From Sinorhizobium meliloti (GTDB taxonomy: Bacteria; Pseudomonadota; Alphaproteobacteria; Rhizobiales; Rhizobiaceae), in assembly GCF_017876815.1 (NCBI RefSeq), contig NZ_JAGIOS010000001.1:180001-212000 (forward strand): DNA of 32,000 bases. Direction: 5' to 3'. A program made the position numbers and the translations under genes. The notes under the pieces are model-generated. The model was not told the origin of the DNA and ran no database searches. It saw only the letters and a program-made list of their open reading frames with translations. Positions 7,884-17,147 of the stretch are shown piece after piece (the first letter of the stretch is position 1; each line of letters starts with the position of its first letter).

Positions 7884-7927
7884 TGAAAGAATAAACGGCC
7901 GCTCTCCGGGGGCGCCCCGGGCGGCCG
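7884..7927 (-). terminator. Orphan rho-independent terminator candidate (minus-strand orientation)
   Basis: The minus strand reads CGGCCGC-CCGGGG-cgc-CCCCGG-aga-GCGGCCG followed by TTTATTCTTTCATT. No minus-strand CDS ends upstream of it. The plus-strand tail is AAAATTCCCG, which is not U-rich. Confidence 0.45.
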
Positions 7928-8273
7928 AAAATTCCCGATTTGAGGCAATCCGCGCGAGCATCGTCAGATGTGGTTAACGGTGCGTAAGCAGCGGATTTTC
8001 GTGGATTTTTCGGTTCGCGTTAACGATTTGGGCAGGCATCGCCACTACCCGGCGCCGGGAACGCGGGGCTTGAGGCCGAGACCCCCGCCACGAGCGTTAA
8101 CGACGATCGCTAAAATGCAGGGAAAAGCGGCTGCACGAATATGCCAGTCATGAATTTCAATAAAATTTGAAGCAAATACCGTTGTTTCTGGAAAAGTGGC
8201 CTTGTGATTCCCGCGCTAGTTTCGAAGCGTAAACACCACGGCCGCAGCCGAAGGCAAAAGAGGATGGCGCAAG

Positions 8274-8711
8274 ATGTGGTTTCTCGTTAAGGCGACGTTC
8301 TGGTTCTCGCTGGTGCTGGTGCTGCTGCCGTTTCTCGATCCGTCGAGCAGCGAGAAGCTCGAGCATGGCCCGAAGATGGAGATCGGCGGCACCTTCTCTG
8401 CCGCGAACGAAGCCATCCAATACATAAGCGCCATCTGCGTAGAGAAGCCGGACGTCTGCGAAAAGGGTGCGGAGACTTTCGTCGCCCTCGGACATCGCGC
8501 GCGCGAAGGCGCTCGGATCGCCTATGAGTTTCTCAACACCCAGTTCGCGGAAGGCGATGCCGCCGCTCCCGACGTCAAGGTCATGACCGGTACCGTCACA
8601 CCGGCAGAAAGTGTCCCTTCGGCGGAGGCGACGGAGAAGGCCGAACCGGCCTTCAAGCGTATGCCGGTTCCGGAACACCGCCTCGATCCCGGTCCGGCTT
8701 CCGGGAAGTAA
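8274..8711 (+). CDS. Conserved hypothetical membrane-anchored protein (DUF5330-like)
   Basis: 145 aa with AGAGGA 9 nt upstream of the ATG. It has an N-terminal hydrophobic segment (WFLVKATFWFSLVLVLLPFL) and conserved Cys residues (ISAICVEKPDVCEKG). The family name is recalled. Confidence 0.7.
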   Translation: MWFLVKATFWFSLVLVLLPFLDPSSSEKLEHGPKMEIGGTFSAANEAIQYISAICVEKPDVCEKGAETFVALGHRAREGARIAYEFLNTQFAEGDAAAPDVKVMTGTVTPAESVPSAEATEKAEPAFKRMPVPEHRLDPGPASGK

Positions 8712-8898
8712 CTCCTGCCGCGACGAAGGCAGACCGATCGTTCGGGCGTGGCAGCGCGGGGAAACGCGATTGCCTGTTCTCTTTGCGGCCCGCGTCTCCT
8801 ATATGAAGGTGAGATAACGATGCGCCCGAAAGGCGGTTGAAGCAGTCGCCTTTCACGCGGACTGCGCTACGCAGCGGGCGCCGAAAGCCGGACATAGC

Positions 8899-9321
8899 AT
8901 GACTTCACTTGACCAGATCATCGACGACTTTGCATTTCTCGACGAATGGGAAGATCGCTACCGCTATGTGATCGAACTTGGCAAAAACCTGCCCGAGATG
9001 CCGGAAGTCTCGAGGACGAGCGAGAATAAGGTTCAAGGCTGTGCCAGCCAGGTCTGGCTCGTGACCCATGCGACCGGCGATGCTGAAGACCCGCTCCTCA
9101 CCTTCGAGGGAGAATCGGATGCGCATATCGTGCGCGGCCTCGTGGCGATCGTCCTCGCGATCTTCTCCGGTAAGCGTGCTTCGGAAATTACCAGAATCGA
9201 CGCTCTCGACATCTTCGGCAAGATCGGCCTCATCGAACATCTTTCCTCGCAACGCGCGAACGGCCTGCGCTCGATGATCCGGCGTATCAAGAGCGAAGCC
9301 GAAGGGCGCCTGCCCGCCTGA
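8899..9321 (+). CDS. sufE: SufE-like cysteine desulfuration (sulfur acceptor) protein
   Basis: 140 aa beginning MTSLDQIIDDFAFLDEWEDRYRYVIELGKNLP, with the ENKVQGCASQVWL active-site Cys motif. This is typical of the SufE/CsdE family. Confidence 0.9.
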   Translation: MTSLDQIIDDFAFLDEWEDRYRYVIELGKNLPEMPEVSRTSENKVQGCASQVWLVTHATGDAEDPLLTFEGESDAHIVRGLVAIVLAIFSGKRASEITRIDALDIFGKIGLIEHLSSQRANGLRSMIRRIKSEAEGRLPA

Positions 9322-9330
9322 CTGGCAAAG

Positions 9331-9385
9331 AGTTAGAGCACTTCGAGGAAAGGTGCGTAACGGTTTTCCGTCCGGAAGTGCGTAG
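9331..9385. repeat. Short intergenic repeat, copy 1 (contains an exact 26-mer shared with 30454-30479)
   Basis: ACGGTTTTCCGTCCGGAAGTGCGTAG at 9360-9385 is identical to 30454-30479. The flanking TAGAGcAcTTCGAggAAaGGTGC resembles TAGAGtATTCGAAAAGTGC at 30431-30449. Confidence 0.6.
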
Positions 9386-9434
9386 CCTCGAAGGGTTAGA
9401 GTGTGTCAGTGTTTCAATGAAATACTGAACGTCG

Positions 9435-9468
9435 AAAAAAAAGCCGGCCTGAACCGGCCGGCTTTTAT
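9435..9468. terminator. Bidirectional rho-independent terminator between convergent sufE and mucR
   Basis: An A-run (AAAAAAAA) precedes a 9-bp stem AAGCCGGCC / GGCCGGCTT with loop tgaacc, followed by TTTTAT. The A-tract lies upstream and the T-tract downstream. Confidence 0.8.
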
Positions 9469-9524
9469 GACACAACTCAGGTGTTCGCTTGCGCGTTCCC
9501 GACGGCCCAGTGGGGCCGCCCGGA

Positions 9525-9956
9525 TCACTTGCCGCGACGCTTCCGACGCTGTCCGAGACCCATTTCCTTGGCGAGCCGCGAGCGCGCTTCCGCGTAGGCC
9601 GGTGCGACCATCGGATAATCCGCAGGCAAATCCCACTTGTCGCGGTATTCTTCCGGCGAAAGGTTGTGGTGCGTCATCAGATGCCGCTTCAACGACTTGA
9701 AGGTGCCGCCGCATTCGAGACATGTGATCTGGTCGTCCTGCACCGACTTTCGGACCGAAACCGCAGGCTTCGGCTTTTCCACCGGGACGACCACCGGCGC
9801 AGGAGCCGTGGTGTTGTTGAGAGCCGAATGCACGTCGGCTATGAGCGTCGGCAGCTCGGCAACCGGAACCACGTGGTTGCTTACATAGGCGGCAACGATC
9901 TCCGCCGTAAGCTCAACCAGGAGTTCATTGCTCGTACCGAGCGAAGTCTCTGTCAT
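9525..9956 (-). CDS. mucR: MucR/Ros family zinc-finger transcriptional regulator
   Basis: 143 aa beginning [30 protein letters not shown], with the Ros-type zinc finger [45 protein letters not shown]. Confidence 0.95.
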   Translation of the reverse strand: MTETSLGTSNELLVELTAEIVAAYVSNHVVPVAELPTLIADVHSALNNTTAPAPVVVPVEKPKPAVSVRKSVQDDQITCLECGGTFKSLKRHLMTHHNLSPEEYRDKWDLPADYPMVAPAYAEARSRLAKEMGLGQRRKRRGK

Positions 9957-10361
9957 TTCTTTCTCCTATCGGAATCCAGCGACGAAACCTGAAACAGAGT
10001 TTCAGGGGGAGGATGTACAAAATGCCGTCGATTAGCGCTTGCCGCCTCGGAACCGACCGCTATCTCGCGATGGAGACTGCGGTTCTGCCGCGACATCAAG
10101 GCTCGAATTGCGAGAGGGAAGATCCGTCACCAAGGCGCCAAAGCGGCCGACACCTCAAAGCAACGGACAAGCATCACAACTCAGGCTGGAATTTCAGTTC
10201 AAAGTATTTTCCACAACGACACTTTGCATTTACTGCATTAACACTGATCCGCCAAAAGTCCAAACATAAATTTAACGGCATGCAGCAACTTTATTCCGAG
10301 TTGCTAAAATTGTCACGCTCGGCAAAATTGTCCTCAAATACAGAGTCAGAAATGCTGCCGG

Positions 10362-10712
10362 TCAATGCCGGCGCGCCTCTTCCTTATGGGGAAGCTGATC
10401 TATCACGGATCGTTTTGACATCCTGTAGCCCGCTTGATGCGCGGCTTTTGCCAATAAATGGGCCGAGATCGGTGCCGTCAGCACGAAGAAGACAAATCCC
10501 GCAAGTGCGCGCACGAAGACGGCGGCGTCCAGCGAATGCAGCCCGGCCGCAAAGAGCAGCAGACCCGAACCGACGGTACCGGCTTTCGAGGCCGCGTGCA
10601 TGCGGGTGTAAAGGTCGGGGAAGCGGACGAGGCCAACCGCGGCAAGCAGCGAGAAGCAGGCGCCGACAACCATGATCAGCGCAACGACGTAGGCAATGAT
10701 TTGTAGAGCCAT
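10362..10712 (-). CDS. mrpG: Monovalent cation/H+ antiporter subunit G (Mrp/Mnh/Pha2 type)
   Basis: 116 aa starting [48 protein letters not shown], an MnhG signature. The ATG overlaps the mrpF stop (ATGA). The longer 279-aa track ORF is out-of-frame read-through of mrpF. Confidence 0.9.
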
Positions 10713-11083
10713 CAACGCGCTCCCTTGCGTTTGCGGCGCCCGGCCTGGCTCGGGCGCGGCTTTGCCTGAGGGATCTCCGTTGTGCCTGGCGTCCTGCGCT
10801 CCGGCGAGAGGCCGCGCGCCAGGATGAAGCGGGCGAAAGCGACAGTTGCAAGAAAGCCGACGAGCCCGAGGGCGATCGCGATATCGATGTAGAGATAGAA
10901 TCCGGTCCTTACGGCGATCACCGCGATCAGGCCGATCGCAATCGCCACCAGCATATCGAGGCCCAGCACCCGGTCCGGAAGCGTCGGCCCGCGAATGATG
11001 CGCAGCACCGTCAACAGCAGCGCGAGCGAGAGAAGCACGAGCGCCACGCCGGAGGCCGCGCTCAGGACTGCAGCGGGCGTCAT
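10712..11083 (-). CDS. mrpF: Monovalent cation/H+ antiporter subunit F, with a basic C-terminal extension
   Basis: 123 aa from ATG 11083 ([45 protein letters not shown]...). There are ATGA overlaps at both ends. The tail is GRRKRKGAR. Confidence 0.85.
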
Positions 11084-11556
11084 CGTTCGAAGGCCTCCCG
11101 AATTCGACGTTCGAAGCCGCCGGCGATGTCTCGCCGTAGCGCTCCCGGATCGGCGCAATCGAGCGCATGGACGTAGAGGGTGTTGCGATCGTCGGAGACA
11201 TCCACCGACAGCGTACCCGGCGTAAGTGTGATCAGATTGGCGAGCAGCGTTATCTCGAAGTCGCTCCTGAGCGCGAGCGGATAGGCAAAAATGCCGGGCT
11301 TCAGCGCCATGTTCGAGCGGAGAACCAGAACCGCGACCTTCGTTGCGGAAATGGCGAGCTCCTTGAAAAACAACGATGCGAGCAACAGGAGCCGCAACGG
11401 TCTCAGCGGGTAAGCCACGGGGCGCAGCTCACGCCGGATCAACCAGAGCGACAAGGCGCCGGCTGCGAAGCCCAGCAGGAGGTTCGCGGGCGTGAAGCTG
11501 GCGCTGATTGCCCCCCAGATGAGCGTAAAGACCAGGTTGGTCAGCAGGAATTTCAT
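11080..11556 (-). CDS. mrpE: Monovalent cation/H+ antiporter subunit E
   Basis: 158 aa from ATG 11556 ([30 protein letters not shown]...), with ATGA overlaps to mrpD and mrpF. The rest of the 655-aa track ORF is out-of-frame mrpD. Confidence 0.85.
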
Positions 11557-13118
11557 TGCGGACCTCCTGCGGGAAAGACTGAATTCAGGTAAGCGGACGG
11601 CTCTGCAAGACCGGCGGCGGCGCTCTGGATCATCGCGAGCAGCGGTTCGGGATAGAGGCCGAGCGCAAGCGCCAGAAGCGTAAGCGCTGCAAGCGGACCC
11701 AGGGCCGCCGCGGACAGGCGGGCGGGGCCGTCCGCCGCCTCGGGGATTGCGCTGTCTCGCCAATAGGCCAGGAGGAAAAGGCGGCCGGTGGCAATCATGG
11801 TGAAGAAGCCGACGAGAAGGAGCGCGGCGGCAAGCCACCAGGCGCCGATATCGATGGCCGCCTTCACCAGCATGACCTTCGGCCAGAAGCCGGAAAAGGG
11901 CGGCAGGCCCGAAACGGCGAAGCACAGCATCAAGGTCAGCGCCGCAAACCCCGCATGCTTGCGGTAAAGACCCGCGAGCGTTGCGATCGAGCTGTCTGCA
12001 CCGAGGCGCATGGCGATCCCAGAGGCGAAATAAAGGCCCGTCATCACCAGCATCGAATGAAGCGCGTAGAAAATCGCGCCGCCAATGCCGCCCGGTCCGC
12101 CGATGGCTATGCCTGCGAGCATCGAGCCGATGCCCGAAACGACGAGGTATCCGAGAATGCGACGAAAATCCGTTTGCGCGAGCGCGCCGAGAACGCCGAC
12201 CATCATCGTCAGCGCACCGACGAGCGCCAGGACGAAGCTCAATTCCTCCCTCTCGATCGGGAAGAGCATGACCGTCACCCGGATCAACGCATAAATACCG
12301 ACCTTGGTGAGCAGGCCGGCAAAGAGCGCCGACACGACGACGCGAGGGGTATGATAGGAAGCAGGCAGCCAGAAGTTCAAAGGAAACGCGGCCGCCTTCA
12401 TGCCGAAGGCAAGAACATAGAGTCCGACCAAAGTCATCAACGGCGCATTGACCCGCAGTTCGTCGGCCTTGCGCGCGATGTCGGCCATGTTGAGCGTGCC
12501 GAACACGGCGTAGAGGAAGCCGGTGGCGACGAGGAACAGCGTCGTTGCGACTAGGTTCAAAAAGCCGTACTTCACCGTCCCGTCGATCTGCCCGCGCTCG
12601 GAGCCGAGGACCAGTAGCCCGAAGGACGAAATCAGCAGGACCTCGAACCAGACATAGAGGTTGAAGATATCCCCCGTGAGGAAGGCTCCCGAAACGCCGG
12701 CCATCAGCAGCATCAGCAGCGGATAGAAACCATAGCGCCGGCCGCTGTCGTTGATATCGGCCAGCGAAAAGATGCCGGCGGCAAGAGCGACCAAGGCCGC
12801 CACCAGGGCAAAGAGCGCACCGGTCAGGTCGACCGTGAAGGCGATACCGAACGGCGGCAGCCAGCGACCCATCACCATGGTCGTCGGCCCATTTCTTGCG
12901 ACGTGATCGAGCAGCGCCACGTCGATCAGCACCAGCACGGCCAGGCTCGCAAGCGCTATTGCGGGCTGGAGGCCGGCCCAGCGACGAAGCATCACGAGGA
13001 GCGCACCGACGGCCAGACACCAGGCGACGGGCAGAACGACGAGCCATTCGACGGCCGGCGCCGGGGCCAGCATCAGGGCTGCGGAAAGGTCGACGGGGAC
13101 GGGGGTGGAAACGGCCAT
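11553..13118 (-). CDS. mrpD: Monovalent cation/H+ antiporter subunit D (NuoM/N-like)
   Basis: 521-aa polytopic membrane protein with the NuoM/ND4-like region GDIFNLYVWFEVLLISSFGLLVLG. Confidence 0.9.
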   Translation of the reverse strand: MAVSTPVPVDLSAALMLAPAPAVEWLVVLPVAWCLAVGALLVMLRRWAGLQPAIALASLAVLVLIDVALLDHVARNGPTTMVMGRWLPPFGIAFTVDLTGALFALVAALVALAAGIFSLADINDSGRRYGFYPLLMLLMAGVSGAFLTGDIFNLYVWFEVLLISSFGLLVLGSERGQIDGTVKYGFLNLVATTLFLVATGFLYAVFGTLNMADIARKADELRVNAPLMTLVGLYVLAFGMKAAAFPLNFWLPASYHTPRVVVSALFAGLLTKVGIYALIRVTVMLFPIEREELSFVLALVGALTMMVGVLGALAQTDFRRILGYLVVSGIGSMLAGIAIGGPGGIGGAIFYALHSMLVMTGLYFASGIAMRLGADSSIATLAGLYRKHAGFAALTLMLCFAVSGLPPFSGFWPKVMLVKAAIDIGAWWLAAALLLVGFFTMIATGRLFLLAYWRDSAIPEAADGPARLSAAALGPLAALTLLALALGLYPEPLLAMIQSAAAGLAEPSAYLNSVFPAGGPQ

Positions 13119-13124
13119 GGTGCG

Positions 13125-13502
13125 TCAGTATCCCAGCGGCGGTGCCGGCTCGTTCACCGGTTCCGCAACACGCATCTCGTCCGTGTTGTCTGTCGCGAGG
13201 TCTTCATAGGCGCGCCAGGCGAGAACGAGGAGAAAGGCGAAGAAGGAGAAGGAAATCACGATGGCGGTCAGGATGAGCGCCTGCGGCAAGGCATTGGCCG
13301 CCGGACCGGAAAGCACATCGGAGCCCTCCGCTATGACCGGCGGTACGTCGCGCGTCAGACGGCCGCCGGTGAAGATCAGAAGGTTCACCGCATTTCCCAG
13401 GATCGCCACGCCCAGGAGGACGCGGATGATGGATTTCGACAGAAGCAAGTAAATGGCGACGGTGAAGAAGAAAGTGACCAGCAGCGAAAACCAGGTCTCC
13501 AT
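13125..13502 (-). CDS. mrpC: Monovalent cation/H+ antiporter subunit C (NuoK-like)
   Basis: 125 aa with 3 TM segments (LLGVAILGNAVNLLIFTGGRL). It has an ATGA overlap with mrpB and a 6-nt gap to mrpD. Confidence 0.9.
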   Translation of the reverse strand: METWFSLLVTFFFTVAIYLLLSKSIIRVLLGVAILGNAVNLLIFTGGRLTRDVPPVIAEGSDVLSGPAANALPQALILTAIVISFSFFAFLLVLAWRAYEDLATDNTDEMRVAEPVNEPAPPLGY

Positions 13503-13921
13503 CAGGCCCCCCCTCTTTCTTCAAGCGACAGCGCGATCGAACTGATGGCACCGACGACGACCAGGTAGACCCCCGTATCGAACAGCATGACGGTGGAGAG
13601 CGGAACCTCGACGCCGAGAAAGGAGGGATATATCCAAAGCCCGGTCATGAACGGCACCCGCGCGAAAAGTGACACCAGTCCGGCCACGGTCGCGGCGAAA
13701 AGGCCGGCGCCGGCGATAGCCATGGGATGGAAGAATATCGCCCGCCGCACCGTCTCCACGCCATGGGCGATGCCGTAGATCGCCAGCGCCGAAACGGCGA
13801 TCAACCCGCCTATGAAGCCGCCTCCGGGCTCGTTGTGGCCGCGCAGCAGCACGAAGATCGAAAAGAGCATCATCAATCCGGCGAGGAAGGGCGCAACGGT
13901 CCGAAAAATGATCGACTTCAT
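13502..13921 (-). CDS. mrpB: Monovalent cation/H+ antiporter subunit B
   Basis: 139 aa beginning [40 protein letters not shown], an MnhB signature. There are ATGA overlaps at both ends. Confidence 0.9.
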   Translation of the reverse strand: MKSIIFRTVAPFLAGLMMLFSIFVLLRGHNEPGGGFIGGLIAVSALAIYGIAHGVETVRRAIFFHPMAIAGAGLFAATVAGLVSLFARVPFMTGLWIYPSFLGVEVPLSTVMLFDTGVYLVVVGAISSIALSLEERGGA

Positions 13922-16293
13922 ACCGGCTCCTTCGTGTTCGCATCAGCGGCCGCGATCTCGCGCGTTTCGCCGCGTCTCAACGATCCCGCCCGCAACCGCA
14001 CGAGGGAAAGGATGGACAGGCCCGCAACCAGCACGACGGCAATTTCGCCAAGCGTATCCGTGCCTCGGAAGTCGACGATGATGACGTTGACCACGTTCGC
14101 GCCGTGCGCGATCGATTTCGAATAGAGGTTGAAGAAGTCCGTCAGCGTCGCATCGAACGGCACGCCGGTAACCCGGAGAAGGAAAAGGCCGAATCCGATT
14201 CCGCAGGCGAGCGCGATCGTGAAGTCGGGAAGCTTCTGCCTGAGTGGTCGGTGATCCGAAGGAGACAGCCGCAGCCGGGTCATCACCAGTGCCAGCACGA
14301 CGACGGACAGCGTCTCTATCATGAACTGGGTGAAGGCGAGATCCGGAGCGCCGTAAAGCAGGAAGAGCATCGCGACGGCGAAGCCCTGAATTCCGAGCGA
14401 GACGATCGCCGTCAGCCGGTCCGCGGCCAGCACCACGGCGAAGAGGCCAAGCACGGCGATCGCCATGATCGCGAATTCGTGCAGCGGAACGTCGCCCGGA
14501 AAGAAAGGTGCGCGCGGGAATTCGCCGTAGCGCAGCGGCAATGCGAGCATGACGGCGGCGACGAGCAGGAAGGTCACGGTCATGTAGTTATCGAGACGGC
14601 CGCCCTGCAATCGGCGGGTCGCGGCGACCGCAAACCGCACGAGGCCGCGTATGAACTGGTCGAAGCCTCGATCCGGTCCCCAGCCGATATCGGCAAGGAT
14701 CACCGCCATGGCTGCGCGCAGCCGCGTCAGATTGAGGAACAGAACGACGCCGACCGCCAGCGTCACGACGGAGAGCAACAGCGGCACGCCGATATGCGGT
14801 GCGAGAGAAATCGTCACGGTTCTCGGTTCGCCGGCAACGGCCGAGGCCATGGGCGAGGTCACGAACCGATGAACAAGGCCCGACATCAGCGCGATGGAAA
14901 GGCCCTTCGCAGCCAGGATTGCCGGGCCGATCCAGAGGAGCACCGGTGCCTCGTGGGCATGCCTCGGCGTATCGACCTTCGGGCCCAGAAACGGTTTTAG
15001 AGCGATCGCGAAGCCGACGGCGAACATCAGGCCGTTGCCGAGGATGGTCAATGCCGCGAAGACCATGGACCGGCGGTCGAAACCGGAGAGTGCGGCGTAG
15101 ATTTCCTCTTTTGCAAGGAACCCGAAAAAGGGCGGCAGGCCGCCCATCGACAGGGCCGCCGCAAGAGCTATGGCGAAGGTCAGAGGCATCGCCCTGCGCA
15201 GGCCGCCGAGCTTCGTCAGATCGCGCGTACCGGTTTCATGATCGATGATGCCGGCCACCATGAACAGCGCCCCCTTGAACAGGGCATGCGCCACCAAGTA
15301 AAGCACTGCGGCTTCGATGGCGTAGGGCAGGCCGAGGCCCGTCAGCATGACCAGAAGACCGAGCGACGACATGGTCGTATAGGCCAGCATCATCTTCAGG
15401 TCCGTCTGGCGCACTGCCAGGGCGGCTCCGGCGACGAGCGTCGTCACGCCGAAGAGCGGCAGCAGAACCTGCCACTCCGTCGTACCGCCGAGCACCGGGT
15501 TGAGCCGCATCAGAAGATAGACCCCCGCCTTCACCATCGTCGCCGAGTGCAGATAGGCCGAAACGGGCGTCGGCGCTTCCATGGCGTTCGGCAGCCAGAA
15601 GTGAAACGGAAACTGTGCCGACTTGGTGAATGCGCCGCCGAGGACGAGGAGCAGCGCCGCGAGATAGAAAGGGCTTTGCTTCAGTTCGTCGCCGAAGGAC
15701 AGGAGCAGCGAAAATTGCGTGACGCCGCTGACGTTCCACAGGATGAGGAGCCCGGCGAGCAAGGCAAGCCCGCCTCCCCCCGTCACGACCAGGGCCTGCA
15801 AAGCCGCGCGGCGCGCCGCCTCGCGGGTGTGATCGAAGCCGATCAGCAGGAACGAAGTGATCGACGTCAGCTCCCAGAAGACGAAGAGCATCAGGAAGCT
15901 GTCCGAGACGACGAGCCCCTGCATCGAGCCCATGAACATCAGGATGAACGAAAAGAAGCGGCCCTGGTCGGGATGCCCCTTCAGATATCCGCCCGAATAG
16001 AGGACGATCAGTGTCCCGATGCCCGAAATCAGAAGCGCGAAGGTCAGTGACAGGCCGTCGATCAGCCAGGAGAAGCTGACGTTGAAGGACGGTATCCAGA
16101 TATAGCCGCCGGTAACGATCTCGCCAGCGGCGACTTCCGGAATGAAACCTGCGAGATGCATGAAGATGGCGAGTGGCGCAAGCGCCAGCAGCCAGGCGGC
16201 ATTCCCGCCGAGAAGCCGGGTCAGGGCCGGTGCGACGGCGGCCGCGGCAAAGGGAAGACCGAGGGCCAGGAATGTCAGGGCCGCGGCATCCAT
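13918..16293 (-). CDS. mrpA: Monovalent cation/H+ antiporter subunit A (NuoL-like, with an MnhB-like C-terminal domain)
   Basis: 791-aa polytopic protein with the NuoL/ND5-like region [17 protein letters not shown]. It is the first gene of a 7-gene group-1 Mrp operon (A separate from B), which matches the Sinorhizobium pha2 cluster architecture I recall. Confidence 0.9.
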   Translation of the reverse strand: MDAAALTFLALGLPFAAAAVAPALTRLLGGNAAWLLALAPLAIFMHLAGFIPEVAAGEIVTGGYIWIPSFNVSFSWLIDGLSLTFALLISGIGTLIVLYSGGYLKGHPDQGRFFSFILMFMGSMQGLVVSDSFLMLFVFWELTSITSFLLIGFDHTREAARRAALQALVVTGGGGLALLAGLLILWNVSGVTQFSLLLSFGDELKQSPFYLAALLLVLGGAFTKSAQFPFHFWLPNAMEAPTPVSAYLHSATMVKAGVYLLMRLNPVLGGTTEWQVLLPLFGVTTLVAGAALAVRQTDLKMMLAYTTMSSLGLLVMLTGLGLPYAIEAAVLYLVAHALFKGALFMVAGIIDHETGTRDLTKLGGLRRAMPLTFAIALAAALSMGGLPPFFGFLAKEEIYAALSGFDRRSMVFAALTILGNGLMFAVGFAIALKPFLGPKVDTPRHAHEAPVLLWIGPAILAAKGLSIALMSGLVHRFVTSPMASAVAGEPRTVTISLAPHIGVPLLLSVVTLAVGVVLFLNLTRLRAAMAVILADIGWGPDRGFDQFIRGLVRFAVAATRRLQGGRLDNYMTVTFLLVAAVMLALPLRYGEFPRAPFFPGDVPLHEFAIMAIAVLGLFAVVLAADRLTAIVSLGIQGFAVAMLFLLYGAPDLAFTQFMIETLSVVVLALVMTRLRLSPSDHRPLRQKLPDFTIALACGIGFGLFLLRVTGVPFDATLTDFFNLYSKSIAHGANVVNVIIVDFRGTDTLGEIAVVLVAGLSILSLVRLRAGSLRRGETREIAAADANTKEPV

Positions 16294-16545
16294 CGTATCG
16301 ACACGCTCCTTCTCATTGATCTTTCAGTCAAGCTTTAACCGGACATAGAAGAAGGGCGGGCCTGCCTCAAGGGAAATCGGCCGCGGTGTGAGGTTATGCC
16401 ACGTTTATACTATGTAGAGGGCAGCGGCTTCGCCCCGACCCTGATCAGGATCCTGTCCAGGACGCGGAGCTCCCGGCATTGACCCCCATTTGTGCCCGAG
16501 CGGATGCCATCCTATATATTCGCTGCAATCGAAAGGAGCGCAGCC

Positions 16546-16953
16546 ATGTCCGAAAACCGGATGCCGAAGATTACGAAGACGAACGAGGAGTGGCGGGCAG
16601 CGCTGACGCCCGAGCAGTACCGCGTCACACGCGAGCATGGCACCGAACGTCCCTTCACCGGCCCCTTCCTCGACAATAAAAGGCATGGCACCTACAAATG
16701 CGTCTGTTGCGGCCGCGCGCTGTTCCGCTCGGACACCAAGTTCGATTCCGGCTGCGGCTGGCCCAGTTATTTCGCCCCGGTCGATCCGGACGCGATCGCT
16801 GAATATGTGGACCGCTCGCACCTCATGGTCAGGACGGAGATTCGCTGTGCCGATTGTGACGCCCATCTCGGCCATGTCTTCCCCGACGGGCCGCCTCCGA
16901 CGGGCCTGCGCTATTGCCTCAACGGCACCGCGATGACATTCGAGGAAGATTGA
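16546..16953 (+). CDS. msrB: Peptide-methionine (R)-S-oxide reductase MsrB
   Basis: 135 aa from ATG 16546, with AGGAG 7 nt upstream. It has Zn-binding CxxC pairs (CVCCG, CADC) and the catalytic RYCLNG motif. Confidence 0.9.
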
Positions 16954-17147
16954 CCATAAGGGACTGTTCCGGCGGCACTTTCCAGCATGCGTGTTGTCTA
17001 TCGCATGCCCTTAAACCCGGAACGATTTGAAGATAAGATGATGCAGCAGTTCAAAGCCGTTGCGACGGCCCTCGCGCGTGCAGGAAGAAAACGCGCGGTG
17101 CGTTGAGAAGAACCGGCAGGTCGAACGAAGCCGAGAGGACGCCACGC

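Noticed and set aside
10013-10675. 220-aa plus-strand ORF in the mucR upstream region
   Set aside because: It starts in the AT-rich non-coding leader and then runs antisense into mrpG. It has no coding-like composition or motifs.
10713-11201. Upstream part of the 279-aa track ORF 10362-11201, and the N-terminal 25 codons of the 148-aa ORF
   Set aside because: These are out-of-frame or read-through extensions. The MrpG and MrpF signatures begin at ATG 10712 and ATG 11083, both of which are ATGA-coupled to the preceding stop.
11557-13047. N-terminal 497 codons of the 655-aa track ORF 11080-13047
   Set aside because: This is an out-of-frame reading of mrpD (Arg/Pro/Gly-rich). Only the last 158 codons (from ATG 11556, ATGA-coupled) match MrpE.
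16300-16345. CTTGAC hexamer about 40 nt upstream of mrpA as a -35 element
   Set aside because: No acceptable -10 hexamer lies at 16-18 nt, and it sits too close to the RBS. I could not support a promoter call.
16985-17008. Hairpin GCATGCG-N10-CGCATGC downstream of msrB as a terminator
   Set aside because: It has no U-tract. It looks like part of another degenerate dispersed intergenic repeat (followed by CCTTAAACCCGGAACGATTTGAAGATAAG) rather than a defined terminator, so I left it uncalled.
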